A DNA stretch of 64,000 bases from Octopus vulgaris (GCA_951406725.2 OX597823.1:15500001-15564000); one strand, 5' to 3'. Shown: positions 38,752 through 52,880, counted from the first letter of the stretch. Notes: generated from the letters alone by a model not told the origin. Numbers and translations are program-made.

Positions 38752-39468
38752 CAGGGTATTCAGGCAAAATTTGGCTATTTTTTTTTTTACATCTTTTTTT
38801 CAGGAACGGTTAAAGTTGCAATTGAGAAAAAGTTAGCTGACATGGAGGACTGTAAGCCACCTGAATACTGGAAAAGAGTCAGCCGTATCATAAGTTGCAC
38901 AAGGTATCAAACTGCCAACATCATGACTGCTGCTCAATGTTTTGTGAAGACAGTAAAAGGTGTAAGACATGATATGGACATCATGAAAACCAAGTCACCC
39001 CAAAATGTTATGGACTTGAGTGTGTCCCCAGTGAGGGTGAGGTCATGCAGCCCCACATCTTTCAACAGGGACTTAGGTTCAATCAGATAGTTATGTGAAG
39101 CTGCTGGGAACTGTGATCAAATCCTAGCTAGAAAGGGTTGCTGCTGGAAAACCACATGTGTAGCAGCAGGACTTGGCTGAGAAATACACCAACTACTCTG
39201 CCTGTATTACCAAGGCCGAACCGATGGCTAAGATCAAGGAGGTTTATGAAGATCTTCCCAGGGACACAGTGAGGAATGCATGAGCCAGGTTCCAGAGCTG
39301 TCTTCAGGCTGTGGTGGTAGTTGAGGGCAGCTACTTTGATTAAACTTATTTCCCAGCCATAATCTGGTTGATATTTTTTTGATTTTTTAAAATACTTCTA
39401 TTTTTGAATGGGATACTGTGTTTTCTTTTCCTCTTATGCACGCTATCAAATTTTGCCTGAACACCCTG
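38752..39468 (+). mobile_element. Internally deleted Tc1/mariner-superfamily (DD37D/maT-like) transposon
   Basis: TIRs CAGGGTATTCAGGCAAAATTT / AAATTTTGCCTGAACACCCTG followed by TA. Transposase remnants (QQD; RNA*ARFQSCLQAVVVVEGSYF). Confidence 0.7.
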
Positions 39469-39614
39469 TATATACATGCAATCATAATTCACATGTATAC
39501 ACACACATACATACACACATATCCTACATCATCACCATCAATATACAGATGTATACACACAAGTATACACAAACAAATGAACATATATAATATACATACA
39601 GTGTGTATGTGTAG

Positions 39615-41960
39615 AGCCAAAAAAGCTAAGTGATGCAGGTGGAGAGGCTGGTGAAGGGAAACAGCAGAGAAATATACCAAACAGTTAGTAGAAAAGCTAA
39701 ATGCCAGGTGTACTTAGAAAGGGGTGAATCAGAAGGTAAGAGGTTTGCCATGAGGAGTGAAATCTCCTGGATTGCAAGGCAATGTATTAGAGGCAATGAA
39801 GAGATACCATACTGGGGAAGTGTGTACAGAACGATAACAGTACACTTACTCGGACATTGAAAAGTAAGAAGAATGAAAGTGCTATGATGAAAGGCTGCTG
39901 CATGAAGAGGATGCATGGAAGAAAGAGGGTTTTTCCCAGCCTAGATGCAACAGATCAGAAACCAACCATTCAAGTTGATGGTAGTATGATAGACAGAAGT
40001 TGTTATGAAAGCTGAGAAGGAACTTGGTCTAAAAGGAATTATTGCAGAGATGCTTAAAATGTCTGGCAGAGTAGGGTTCAGGTTAATCATACAATAGTCA
40101 GTCAGATAGTGGAGGATGGTTTTTATAAACAAATAACTGGTATAGCAGTTTCATTGTAAACTGTTGTAAGAACAAAGAAAATGCATTAGAACTAACGAAA
40201 AAAAAAGCTGCAAAGGTATAAAATTGTTGGACCAAGTTATTTAAGTTACATAAAGACTTACAGCTCAATTGCTTAAAATGAGAATTAGCCTATATGGGAT
40301 GCAGGGAGATGTACTATTGCTGCCATCTTGCTTGTGAAACAACAGCAGATAATCAGGAGCAAGCTGTTGTGCTTAGCATTAATTGACATGAAGGCCTTTG
40401 CTAGTTGTCTCTATGATTATGACCAGATGGTCACCGAGAAAGTGAGGAATAGACAAATGGCATGTAAGGACTGTACAAGCCATGCACAAAGGTTTAGTCA
40501 GTAAAGTGAAAGTCAGTTCTGAATACACCAACAAATCCAGCCTGCAGATAAGAGTACACCAGGGCAAAGATCTCAGTTCCCTTCATACCCCTCCAGGCTG
40601 CAATTGGATAGTTCAAGACCACCTGTTCATGAGAACTCCAACATGAAGACCTAGTTCTTATAGTTAAATCTGTAGTGGGACGAAAGACAAAAATTCTTGA
40701 TGTGAAAGCATAACCTAGAAAAGAGAGACTGCAAAATAAATTTAGCAAAGACTCAAATGCTAGTAAATAGGAAAGAAGACAGATCTCTTCTGTCAAGGAA
40801 ATGCTCTTGTTTGATATAGCAAAAAGAAATAGGAAGAAATGCCATATGCTGTGCCCAGTCTAAATTATGGTATTAGTGGAATCACAGAAAAGTTAACAGA
40901 GGGAAGTTTCTTTGCTTTTTGTTTTATTTTTTATGTGGCAGATGACAAGGACAATAAGACCACAAGGCAAATAAAATCTCTCAATTGGCCAGGAAACTCC
41001 CAAGAAATAGTTGTTAGCTTTTGATGGTCAGGTGGCCTAATTAGCAGTGGAAACAGATGTTTCAAAAAAATAAGTGAGGGAAAGTTCAACGAGGAGTGGC
41101 TGTGTGGTAAGTAGCTTGCTTACCAACCACATGGTTCCGGGTTCAGTCCCACTGTGTGGCACCTTGGGCAAGTGTCTTCTACTATAGCCTCGGGCCGACC
41201 AAAGCCTTGTGAGTGGATTTGGTAGACGGAAACCGAAAGAAGCCCGTCGTATATGTGTGTATATGTATATACATGTATGTGTGTGAATATGTTTGTAAGT
41301 CTGTGTTTGTCCCCCTAGCATTGCTTGACAACCGATGCTGGTGTGTTTATGTCCCCGTCACTTAGCGGTTCGGCAAAAGAGACCGATAGAATAAGTACTG
41401 GGCTTACAAAGAATAAGTCCCAGGGTCGAGTTGCTCGACTAAAGGTGGTGCTCCAGCATGGCCGCAGTCAAATGACTGAAACAAGTAAAAGAGTAAAAGA
41501 GAGCTATTACCTGTGCTTGCAACAAAGTATTTTTCTCTTAGAGAGAAAGGCATTCTGTATGACGTTTGTGTACAATCTGTATAGCTGCATGGTAGTGAGA
41601 AAGGAGTCTTGAATGCAGAAGACTTACAAAGGCTAGAAAGAAATGAAGTAAGCATGCTCCACTGGATGTGTAATGTTAGAGTGTATGAAGGCTGGAGTAC
41701 AAATGAACTGAGAGAAAAACTGGATATTAAAGGTATCAGATGTAATATGCAGGAGAGAAGACTACGTCGATATGGGCATATGATGCATAATATATAGCTG
41801 CATTATAAAGGGCCAAGTGTTCGAAATGAACAGAAGAGGAAGGACCAAATCATTGGACAAGGTAGTGAAGACTAACCTTAAGACGATGTGTCTCACCAGG
41901 GAGTTGACTAAAAACCATGTTGATTGGTGACGTTCACCCACTTAAGTATAATAAATCAAA
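39615..41960 (+). pseudogene. Heavily decayed RTE-like LINE, interrupted by a SINE A at 41092-41502
   Basis: The 3' part translates as NAEDLQRLERNEVSMLHWMCNV...LREKLDIKGIRCNMQERRLRRYGHM; RT-like remnants with many stops lie upstream. Confidence 0.7.
41092..41502 (+). mobile_element. SINE family A inserted in the RTE fossil
   Basis: Matches family A; the RTE sequence resumes after the tail. Confidence 0.88.
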
Positions 41961-42304
41961 TGGTTAATAGCAGAAGTGATGGAGGGGCTAGGAGCCGTGT
42001 GTGCGCACACACATATTTGGGCCTATTGTCCAATATGTCCTTGCCAAAACTCCCCTCCTCTTGCCTCTCTGATACCCTCTTATCTCCCTATCTGTAGACT
42101 ATATTATGCTGCCAGTGTTAGTCAAGTTACTTGGTACTCCCTACCAGTAACCTTTCAATACTTCTTGTCATTACTCCCTTAACAGCTGCCACACCATTGT
42201 TCACTTCTATCAATATCCATCACTTTCTACCATACTTTACAGACAATGTATTATTCTGTTTCTACCATCATACTTTTGCTATCTTCACACACATGTACAT
42301 CCTA

Positions 42305-42539
42305 TTTCTTTACTACCCACAAGGGGCTACACACATAGAGGAGAGGACAAACAAGGACAGACAAAGGGATTAAGTCGATTACATCAACCCCCAGTGCGTA
42401 ACTGGTACTTATTTAATCGACCCCGAAAGGATGAAAGGCAAAGTCGACCTCGGCGGAATTTGAACTCAGAACGTAGCAGCAGACGAAATACCGCTGAGCA
42501 TTTCGCCCGGCGTGCTAACGTTTCTGCCAGCTCGCCACC
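42305..42539 (-). mobile_element. SINE family B, full length
   Basis: Closely similar to 2733-2962. Confidence 0.85.
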
Positions 42540-42879
42540 TTATGTACATAAGTATATACACACATATGTGCACCCTGGTTCTTCTTTCACTGATCCCTCT
42601 TCTGTCCACACTTTCAGTTATTTGAGTAAACAAACGCATCATAAAGCAGTAGAGGTTCTTTAGTTTTAAAAGATACAAGATAGCCCCACTCTATGCCAGT
42701 GCCTTAATAAAATACATTTGTGACACTGTGTAAAGTGGCTGGTGAATGAATGAACAGAGATAATGTAGGGTTGAGAGGACCCTTTAGTCTTGGCAAGAGC
42801 AAGACAACTTCTGTAGTGCGGGTGCCACTATATATATATATATAATAAATATACAGATCTATACATACGCCTATCAATA

Positions 42880-43042
42880 GGCGCAGGAGTGGCTGTGTGG
42901 TAAGTAGCTTGCTTACCAACCACACGGTTCCGGGTTCAGTCCCACTGCGTGGCACCTTGGGAAAGTGTCTTCTACTATAGCCTCGGGCCGACCAAAGCCT
43001 TGTGAGTGGATTTGGTAGACAGAAACCGAAAGAAGCCTGTTG

Positions 43043-43075
<33 letters not shown>

Positions 43076-43277
43076 TTGTGTGTCTGTGTTTGTCCCCCCA
43101 ACATCGCTTGACAACCGATGTTGGTGTGTTTGCGTCCCCGTTACTTGGCGGTTCGGCAAAGGAGACCGATACAATAAGTACTAGGCTTACAAAGAATAAG
43201 TCCTGGGGTCGATTTGCTCAACTAAAAGGTGGTGCTCCAGCATGGCCGCAGTCAAATTACTGAAAAGAGTAAAAGAG
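42880..43277 (+). mobile_element. SINE family A, full length
   Basis: Sequence matches the other copies. Confidence 0.88.
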
Positions 43278-44050
43278 TATACATACATAATGCATATGTG
43301 TATACATGACTGTTGACATTTCTGACTGCATGAAGTCATTCAAACAAAAAGCAGTGAAGTCATATTTACAATCCTACTGAACAATAATCCTTTAGCTCGA
43401 CATTTTCAAAGTCTAGTGGGACAAAAATACCTACTTGACAAACAGGTAAGAGTTGATGACAAGAAGGATAATCAGTCATAAAATGCTGGCTTAAATAAGT
43501 ATCTGTCCAACCCATGCTAGCAGAGAGAACAGAATGTATATAAAAAATTAATAATTCTTATTATTAATAGCGACTGTTTACTCCAATGTTTTGCCAATAT
43601 AGGCATCTGAAAATAGTGTTTGCGGAGATGAAATTTTCCTTATATAGTTGTAATTGTTGTCAGGAGGTAGTGGGTTGAAGTGGTAAGAAAGAGAGGGGGA
43701 GAAAAAGAGAAAGTTTTGATTTAGGCATAACTAAAAGGAAATGAAGAGGGGGGGGCATATTTAATATGTTTAGTCATGTTGGTAATATTCTTTAGTATTG
43801 ACTGTTAAGATGAAGGTCATTGATACAAAGTTATTTTGTACATGGCTGATTTTATTTACAGAAATATATTTTTTTTTTAGTATGCATATATACATAGAAA
43901 TATAAGGTCATCTAACAAATTCCTAAATACAGATATATATAAATACACATATTTAGAAGTGTGTGTGTGTGTGTGTGTGTGTATAATATAACCAGTTCAG
44001 TTCAATAAGGTACTTAAAGTTGAGGCACCTGGTTAAATTCGCCTATTTTT

Positions 44051-44082
<32 letters not shown>

Positions 44083-44084
<2 letters not shown>

Positions 44085-44427
44085 CACAGGAGTGGCTGTG
44101 TGTTAAGAAGCTTGTTTACCAACCACATGGTTCTGGGTTCAGTCTCATTGCGTGGCACCTTGGGCAAGTGTCTTCTACTATAGCCTCAGATCAACCAAAG
44201 CCTTGTGAGTGAATTTGCTAGATAGAAACTGAAAGAAGCCCATCGTGTATGTGTGTGTGTGTGTCTATGTTTGTTCCCCCACCATCGCTTGACTAATGTT
44301 GGTATGTTTATGTCCCTAAAACTTAGCAGTTTGGCAAAAGAGACTCATAGAATAAGTACTAGGCTTAGAAAGAATAAGTTTAGCATGGCTGCAGTCAAAT
44401 AACTGAAACAAGTAAAAGAATAAAAGG
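44083..44427 (+). mobile_element. SINE family A, older copy
   Basis: Diverged, with an internal deletion. Confidence 0.8.
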
Positions 44428-44559
44428 ATACACATACACACACATGTACTTATACACCCCTAAATAACTATACATATACCCATATACAAATTGTGTTAGT
44501 GGTTATCTTCTTTTTTTTAAAAAAGCATTTCTCCATCACATTTCATTATTTGTCCCCAT

Positions 44560-45700
44560 CTACTTCTTGAGGCTTGGGATGAGATCATTTTTCACTACTT
44601 TCAATCAGGTCTTTCGTAAGGTCAATACCACCATGACTGATATCCAATCTAGAGTGGAGAAGGCTAGCCACTGGATTTGGTTAAAAAGAGACGATGAGCG
44701 ATGGCTAGAAGGATATTGAGTTTAACTTCATAACCAGCTGATCTAGCAAGCGGAGCAACATATCAGTGAGGGGCGCCGGCGCGCATTGATGCCGTCGAGA
44801 GGTAGGCCCCGAAACGGCATGCATTCTCTCCTGATGACCCCATACACTTGCTGGCTTCCGGTATATAGAGCTTTTGACTGGTAGCACTTGCATGTGCAAG
44901 TTGTTTGCAAGACATCTTTCTCTACCACTAGGATCTCTTGGCACTTCTTTACCCGGCTGTTATTCTCCATACAATTCACGTATCAGTACCACTGCAGTCT
45001 TTTCGTTTGCACAATATGTCTGATGCTTCACATGCTCCTTTTTCTTCTCTCTCGGCTCATTTGTGCTCCATTAATTTATGCACATTAATATTACACATCC
45101 AGTGTGATGTTTCAACACCGTGCATTATACAACTGATTTTCACTCAAAGAGAGACTCCTTTTGTTATTAGCAGAAGGGAAAACTGTGTCCACCTCAATCT
45201 TACACTAGCTACTGTCTTTGGAGAGCTCACTTCTACTGCCAGTTAGGTCACCAAAGTAGAATACTACCATGGAGCCTTCCAAGCATTTGAAAGATTTTTA
45301 TTTCATGTATGATATTTCCGCTAGCTATTTCTGTATATCTACCATCTATGTACTCTTTTTCAGTTACCCACCCCTTATGCACCCAAGTTCACATTGGTTA
45401 TGTGATATGGAATTCCTACCAACTCATTTTCTGTTTATTAAGTGTGGGCACTTCCCACAAGGTAGAATAGCCCCATTTTCTTTCCTAACAAAATACTTGG
45501 CCTTTGCTACATTTACTAATTACTAGGCTTTTCAATTTAGAACTATGCATCCATATTTTGGATTTCTTCTCTAAACCTTTATAAGATTCAACTATGAAGA
45601 CTAGCCCATCAATAAAGTTCAGGGGCAGCTGATCTTAAACTCCTCTGTTATGACTTGGAGAAGTATAATACACAGGGCTGGAGTACAAACCATGTCTTGA
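44560..45700 (-). pseudogene. Decayed RTE-like LINE fragment, split by a HERO insertion
   Basis: Minus strand encodes remnants IRHIVQTKRLQWY...MENNSRVKKCQEILV and KT*LKVVKNDL on either side of 44616-44914. Confidence 0.6.
44616..44914 (+). mobile_element. 5'-truncated HERO-type LINE 3' end with a structured 3' UTR
   Basis: Translates TMTDIQSRVEKASHWIWLKRDDERWLEGY*, matching the HERO C-terminal (A)EKAS.W.W.KR pattern. CpG-rich UTR; candidate TSD tctttc at 44610-44615 and 44915-44920. Confidence 0.7.
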
Positions 45701-47926
45701 CTGACATCTTATGCACTGCTTGTTCAAGGTAATGTGGTCAATAGCAGAGAATGATGTAAGCAGAGCAAGGAGTGTGCAAGTGAAAGGGACTGAGGATATG
45801 ATAGGATAAACACAGTAAATGCAATGTGGTTGAAATAAGAAAGTGACAGAGCTGGGGGTGAGTAATGGGAGAGAGAGACAATAGCAGCAGCTAAAGGTTT
45901 GCTGGTAAGATAGATTATGTTTATGAATATTTTAATGCCATTAATACATTTTTTGCTTATACAATACTGCCTTTCAAAGACATTAGCCTTGTAGTGTATT
46001 GAATAAGAGAATGGGAGTCCTGCATGAAATAAAAATTTATAAGTTCAATCCCAGTCTGAGCACCTATTTATAAACATAGCAAATATGGCATCTGACATTG
46101 AACTTTATTTTACACCATGGGAAAGATAAGTTTATATCATAATTATTCCATTAACACATTTTCAGCAATTTCAGCTCTTGAATACACGTTAAGTTATTTT
46201 TACCCCATTTTTACTGAACATATGTGAAATCATTTTCAAAACCAAAGCAAATTCAACAGTTAACTCATTAACTGCTATGTGCCAGAATACAAAGTTAGTC
46301 AAGTTTACCTTTAATTATTCTTTAAACGGAGATTTAAAGGTAACATTTCAAGGAGAGAAAAAGTTGAAGCTTTTTTTTTTTTTTTTTTTTTTTTTGGTTA
46401 TATACAAAAAACAAATAGATTATCAAAAAAGAAGAGATACAAACTCATGTTAGTGGTTCAGAGATAAAGCATTATCTGAAGAGAAAACCAATAGAAAACT
46501 AGCATTCAACTTACCAGAATATTGTATTACATGCCAAAGTGCTGTAATTGGAAACATAACACAGCAAAAGGGAAAATACATTCAGTATTTAAAACAATGG
46601 CATATTAAAACCAGCTCATTAAAATATATTTTATAATTTTCCATAATCTCTTTAGGAAAATATAAAAGTTAAGTGACTTTACATATCTAGGGTAAATCAT
46701 AATATTCTCTTAGACAGACAGAATCAGTTAAGTTATTCAGTGAATGGGTAGTAATTTGTCTGACCAATTATCCACACTAAAAGAGTTTTTTGCTGGTGCC
46801 ATCAGATAGTAAATATTACAATTCAGAAGCTCTACAAAGTAATTTTACATGTACAGGAACACTTATCACTCAAAATCTGAACCAGTCTTCCTTTTTTTTT
46901 TTTTTTCTTTTTTTTTAACCTATTTAGAAAGGACAGGGAACAAGACTGGGTTGCACCAGAGTGAATTTTATTAAAGAAACCCAAGGGCCAAGTGATTAGG
47001 TAACAGACTAAGACTACCACCTGAGAACTCAGATGGCAAAGAACTAAAACTACCACAAGGCATCTCATCCAATGCTCTGACAATTTTGTCAATCCATTGT
47101 CCTACACTGATACTTTATTTCATAAATGCTGAAAAGGGTAAAGTTGATCAGAGTGGGATTTGAGCTCAGAGCATTGAACTTATACCACAAAGCATTTTAC
47201 CCTATGCTCTAGCAACTACTAAGTTACATATACTAATAATATTTGTAACAATCTGAATATATTTTTTTATGTTGATTTCTTGGTATTTTTTCATGGGCCT
47301 TTTTTATATCTTGTGTTTAAAGAAAAAAGTTATCTGCCAAAATAATTGTTTTTAATAATTTTGTTCTAGCAATCATTTCTACAGACTATTCTTAAGTCTT
47401 GATTGATAGCAAGTATGAATGACAACTAATCACACAAATGTAATGAGAAATTTCAAACAAATTATGATGATGGATAGAAAACACTACATGGTAAATTGAA
47501 ATTCGCTAACTGTTCCTCTCAAACTAAAAACAATTTTCTTCGATCGCTTGGTTCAACTTAATGAAGACGAAAAAAATAATGAATGACTATATGAGAAGAG
47601 TATTAAAGAGACAAACATTTATTTAACCACAGTTGCAATGAAGAAATTACTATAACTCATTAGTAAAGGTTGATAATATAAAAACTAACTTTTTCAAAAC
47701 GCATCTTAGATGTGCATAAACAATATACAACTTGAAACACAGCTTGTCCAAGAAGAGGTGCATAAAGCATAAAAGTTATTTACCATTTCCTTCACTGACA
47801 TGAGACATAGCATACAAAGTCCTCCATCCACGCTGGTATGAGTTGGATGGTTTGACAGGAGCTGGAGTATCAAAAGATTGTGCCGAGCTCTACAGTCAGC
47901 TTTGGCATGGCTTTTATGGCTGGATA

Positions 47927-48257
47927 GTTTCGATTCCCAGACCGGGCGTTGTGAGTGTTTATTGAGCGAAAACACCTAAAAGCTCCACGAGTCTCCGGCA
48001 GGGGGATGGTGGTGATCCCTGCTGTACTCTTTCCCCACAACTTTCTCTCACTCTTACTTCCTGTTTCTGTTGTACCTGTATTTCAAAGGGCCGGCCTTGT
48101 CACTCTCTGTGTCACGCTGAATATCCCCGAGAACTGCGTTAAGGGTACACATGTCTGTGGAGTGCTCAGCCACTTACACGTTAATTTCACGAGCAGGCTG
48201 TTCCGTTGATCGGATCAACCGGAACCCTCGTCGTCGTAACCGACGGAGTGCTTCCAC
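47927..48257 (+). mobile_element. 5'-truncated SINE family D inserted in an old family C-like copy
   Basis: Reverse complement of 9160-9490; perfect 11-bp TSD atggctggata at 47916-47926 and 48258-48268. Confidence 0.88.
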
Positions 48258-49954
48258 ATGGCTGGATATCCAGCTGTAGCTATTTTACTTAACTAAAATG
48301 ACTTGTGGTTATAAGAAAGACAATGTCAACAAGGAGAATTGCCAACCTGCAGATATCTCTAATAAAAAAAATCCAAAAAAAATCAAGCAGTTGACTATGT
48401 CAGGTATATGTGAGGTATCCCAACATCACTTTTATTATAGAAATTCAGTAACCAAAATGTAAATGAAAATTGTAAACCATCATAAATGACAACTTTGGAT
48501 ACACAGATGTGTTTATCTTTCTTCACATCATTCCAGAGATATACTGGTCGGTCATCCAACTAACTATACTCCTGCTCACAAATGTGTGACCTTATCTAAG
48601 CCAATCTAGAAGCCCTTGTTAATAAAAGTCACCTAAATATCATCCCAAAGATATAAAAGTGCAATAAGGAGTTTTTTTTAAATGTTACATTTCCTTATTT
48701 GAATCCCCATAAGGGAAATGGTCATAACCTAACAGGATATGGGGAAGGCAAAAAGTGGAATTGTGTCAGAGACACATTATAAATACAGTAAGTTATTTAC
48801 TTTACAGTGTAGGTGATTAGATTAACATAAGAATTCCAGAGAGGAGGTTATAAATCTGAAGAGAAACTATTGTGCATATAATTTGGCAGACTACTCTTTG
48901 TTATTTTTGTATAACTAAGCTAGTCACATATACTTTGTATATTTGTGGTTACCTGTGCTTACATAAAAATAACTTCTCTAAGCTATAAGTTATTTATTGG
49001 CTGTAAAGAGAAAAACCCAGACTTTCTATTGCATGCATCTTTTGGCTATGCTGAATATGAATTATTGCATCAAGTAGTTTAGTACCAAAATCAAAAGTGA
49101 AAGGCTGTTCGTATTCACCTCTTCTTTGTATTGTCTTTGTGATGTAGGATTAATCAAATACATAAAAGAGCCTTACACCCTTACAAATCTACCATCTAGA
49201 TTTAGGGACCACCGAGGTCAAGAGAGTCCACTTATCTGTGTTACATGTAAAATACCTGAATAAACAAAATGTTATATCAATCTGAGCAAAATTAAAAATT
49301 CAAAAATCTACTGAAAATGTTGATATCACAGATGAGACTATATGAAGCCTGCCAGACCCACTAAGTACTCATCTTGGATTCAAATTTGATTGGTCACTAT
49401 GAGCCAACTTAATTCAATTAAATTTCATGCAATAAACATCCTATCACTGAATATAATGTTACTTGTGTAATCAGGATGTAGTTCCTGCACTTAAGAGTCA
49501 CGTGCACAATTTAAATAAGCTGATAAAATTTTTAGTCTAGACCAGTGTTGCTTTTTTTTTTTTGCTTTTTTCTTTTTCAAATTTTCAATAACACCCACTG
49601 TGGAGCAATAGAGAAAATGAAAGGAGTATTTGCATGGAGCAGTGAGAGTGTTTAAAGGCAATGAAGCCTTAACTGTATCAAGAAAGATGGAACAGTGCTT
49701 GGAAAAATATGTTTATACATTTTGTAATTAGATATTTTTACACCTCGTTAGTATCAAAATCTAAAACATAAAATAATAACTAAATGAAACCAACATCTGT
49801 TGTGCAGGAAAAATATTCTACTAGCCAGGTCCCATCACCAACTAACAACCGAAAGCTGTTTATAATCAGAAATGGTGAAGAACATTTGGTTAAACTTCCC
49901 CAGTGAAAAACGTCTGAATGTTACATAACATGACCAACTTGGTGAACAGAGGTA

Positions 49955-51243
49955 TGGGGTAGGCTGAAAAGTTCATTGGCTAACAGTGAAAGAGTGGTGC
50001 TAGAGCTGCAGAATCTTGCATGCATTAATTTCAGCTCATCTTATTAATAACTGCTTTGTTTCTTTCCATGTAAACTGACATCCCACTGATCAAAGAACAT
50101 GTCAAAAGTAACTGGTGGTGACCTTTCTTGAAAATCAACAAAATTTAGCATTATGGTATTATCAAGTACCTGCAGAAAAAGGGTTTAACTCCCAAGGACA
50201 TTCATGCAGGCATGGCAGGGGATGACATTCCAGCTTTATCAACAATGCATAAGTGGGCAGCTGAATTTAAGAAAGGAACAGAAAGTCTTGAAGATGACCC
50301 AAGGTCTAGACATCATGCAACTGCCACCACCAAAGAAAACATTGATCTCGTTCACCATATAGTGATGAATGACAGGCAAGTGACTATAAATCAAATAGCC
50401 AAAGCTATTAGCATATCCCATCAGAGAGTTGAGAATATTCTGCACAATGAACTTGGAATGACAAAGGTTTTCTGCTTGGTGGGTGCCATGTCTCCTGACA
50501 CCTGATCAAAAGCATGCCAGATTGATCACATCATAGGTAAATCTGACACAGTTTCAGGCAGATCAAGCTGGTTTCCTTGAATGTTTCCTAAACCAGGATA
50601 AGTGTTGGCTTCATCACTTTGAGCTAGAGACAAAGTAACAATTCATACAGTGAAAACACCCCTCTTCACCTGCACCAAAGAAGGCCAAGCTCATTTCATC
50701 TGCAGGGAAGGTGATGACCTCAGTTTTTTGGAATGCAAAAGGCATTGTGTTTATTGACTACATCCAAAAGGGCCATACCATCAATGGAGAGTATTATGCC
50801 AACTTGCTGAAGCAGATACAAAAGGCTACCAAGATCAAACACCCAAAAAAACTGACAAAAGGGGTCTTGTTTCATCAGGACAATGATCTAGCACACAAGT
50901 CCTTGCTTTTAATGGCTTTTGTGAGTGATTGTGGCTTTGAACTTTTTAATCACACACCGTTATTCTTCTCTAATTTGGTCCCATCTGACTATCATCTGTT
51001 TCCCAACAAGAAAAAACACTTTGTTGGGAACCAGTATCACAGTGATGATGACATAATATCTGCTGTTGATGACTTTTTTGACCAACAGGCTGAAAGCTTC
51101 TTCACCAATGGGATTGAAGCACTGCAACACTACTGAAAGGAATATGTGGACCTCAAGGGGCACTGTGTTAAAAAATAATCCTCATTTGGTCAGATTCCAT
51201 GAGAGTATCTTGAGCAGCCTATGAACTTTTTAGCTGACCCTCA
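49955..51243 (+). mobile_element. Full-length decayed mariner (DD34D) transposon with transposase pseudogene (~50130-51178)
   Basis: TIRs TGGGGTAGGCTGAAAAGTTCATTGGCT / AGCCTATGAACTTTTTAGCTGACCCTCA with TA flanks, ~1.29 kb. Motifs WVPCLLT, DKCWLHHF, FHQDN and PSDYHLF, with stops and frameshifts. Confidence 0.92.
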
Positions 51244-52094
51244 TATATCTTAAAATACTTGTATTTCATTTCAGTTTTTCTATTTGCCTATGTTTATACA
51301 TAATCTAAAGATTTTAACTTTTAACTTAAATTCAGTAACTGTTCAAAACATGCATCCAGAGAAACTGGAAAAGAAAAATGAAAAGAAAAAACATTATAAA
51401 CAATATAGAAGATGATATTTAATTTTAACTAGATTTGAACCTTCAACTCTATATTTCACATTAAAGACAATATAGATGATGGCTTTTCAGAAATACAAAT
51501 CAAAACACTAAACTTTAACTGGATTTGAACTTTTATACTATGTTTTATATCAAATGATAATGATCACTTCTCCATAAGAAAAACGGTAGACTATTTTATT
51601 ATTCTGCTAAACAATAAGAAAATGAAGAGGATATGTCATGTGAAGAATAAAATAACTTTAGTTAGGGGGCACTGATAACTTTATAAGATCAAACAGAAGT
51701 ATTTAGAGGGGGAAATGATTGACAATCACTCATCTAGAGAGTTTAATCCTCTCACAGAATTGAGCAAGTTAGATTCAAAAGTAATAGCTAAGTTTGGACA
51801 AACTATATTCATCCAGTTAAATTTTTTAGTTCTCACTAGTGGACAAACCCATAAGTGATGGTTTATTATTCTTGTGATTAAGACTTAAACAATCTCAACT
51901 CTACACTTCAGACTACAGAGATTTGTATATATTTTCATATTACTGCTGAAGTAACAGTTTACATAACCTACATAGAAACTTCAAAAGCTAACAAAGTTTA
52001 AATAAAAAAGTTTACAACACCCAAGTATATAAATATGTTTAAAACATATGTAGGCATGCTATGGAATGATTCTTGGCAATATAGACCAATTTTT

Positions 52095-52515
52095 CAGCAG
52101 CACAGCATGATATTAAACTTATAGCAGTTCTTAGTTTGTTGATGCTTGTCAGAATTTGCTTAATTCTGCTACTTAGCCAAATAATGATAGTTTAGAATTT
52201 TATTTGAAAAAAAAAAAAACATTCTGCTTAGCTTACATAATAATTTACATAGGGATATTAGTTTAACAATTGTTTGAAAAAAATTATATCAACACAGCAG
52301 CACTAGAATTAAAATTGCTACATTGATACAGCAGCCATTTTCAACAATTGTTCAACTACACCACATATGTAAGTTTAACTACCTTGTAAGCTAAGCAGAA
52401 TGTTTTAATGTAGCTGTAAGCCGTGATCACTTGGCAGAATGACAAGATTAACCAAAGTCTGGCAATAATTAATCAATCAGAAATTATGATCACTTCAATA
52501 CTTATGCTGGTTTCA
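52095..52515. repeat. Long imperfect palindrome (old fold-back/MITE-like element)
   Basis: Perfect 22-bp inverted pair 52216-52237/52385-52406, plus nested and outer imperfect arms. Confidence 0.7.
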
Positions 52516-52821
52516 CAAGAAACTAGTGTTTGTCCCAAAGATTCGTTCCACAACATGACTAGACATGGTTTAAACAAATATTCTTTGGTGTACTTAACTC
52601 TTCACTTTCCTCCCACAATGTGTTAATGTAAAGCTCAAGGAGTAGTTACTGAGCAGCATCAATCAGCTCTTCTTGAGCACACCTATAGCTTATTGGTGAA
52701 CTAGATATATCAATAAGGAAGCCTTTATGCAGGTGCTCAACTTGCTAGATATAGCAGTCTAATCAGAAAAGCTGCATGATCAAAACATTCCAGTTGTGAT
52801 CATCCATGTTTTTCAGACATA

Positions 52822-52880
<59 letters not shown>

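Noticed and set aside
50212-51136. Active or domesticated (SETMAR-like) transposase
   Set aside because: Multiple stops and frameshifts lie between the two ORF pieces and the TIRs are decayed.
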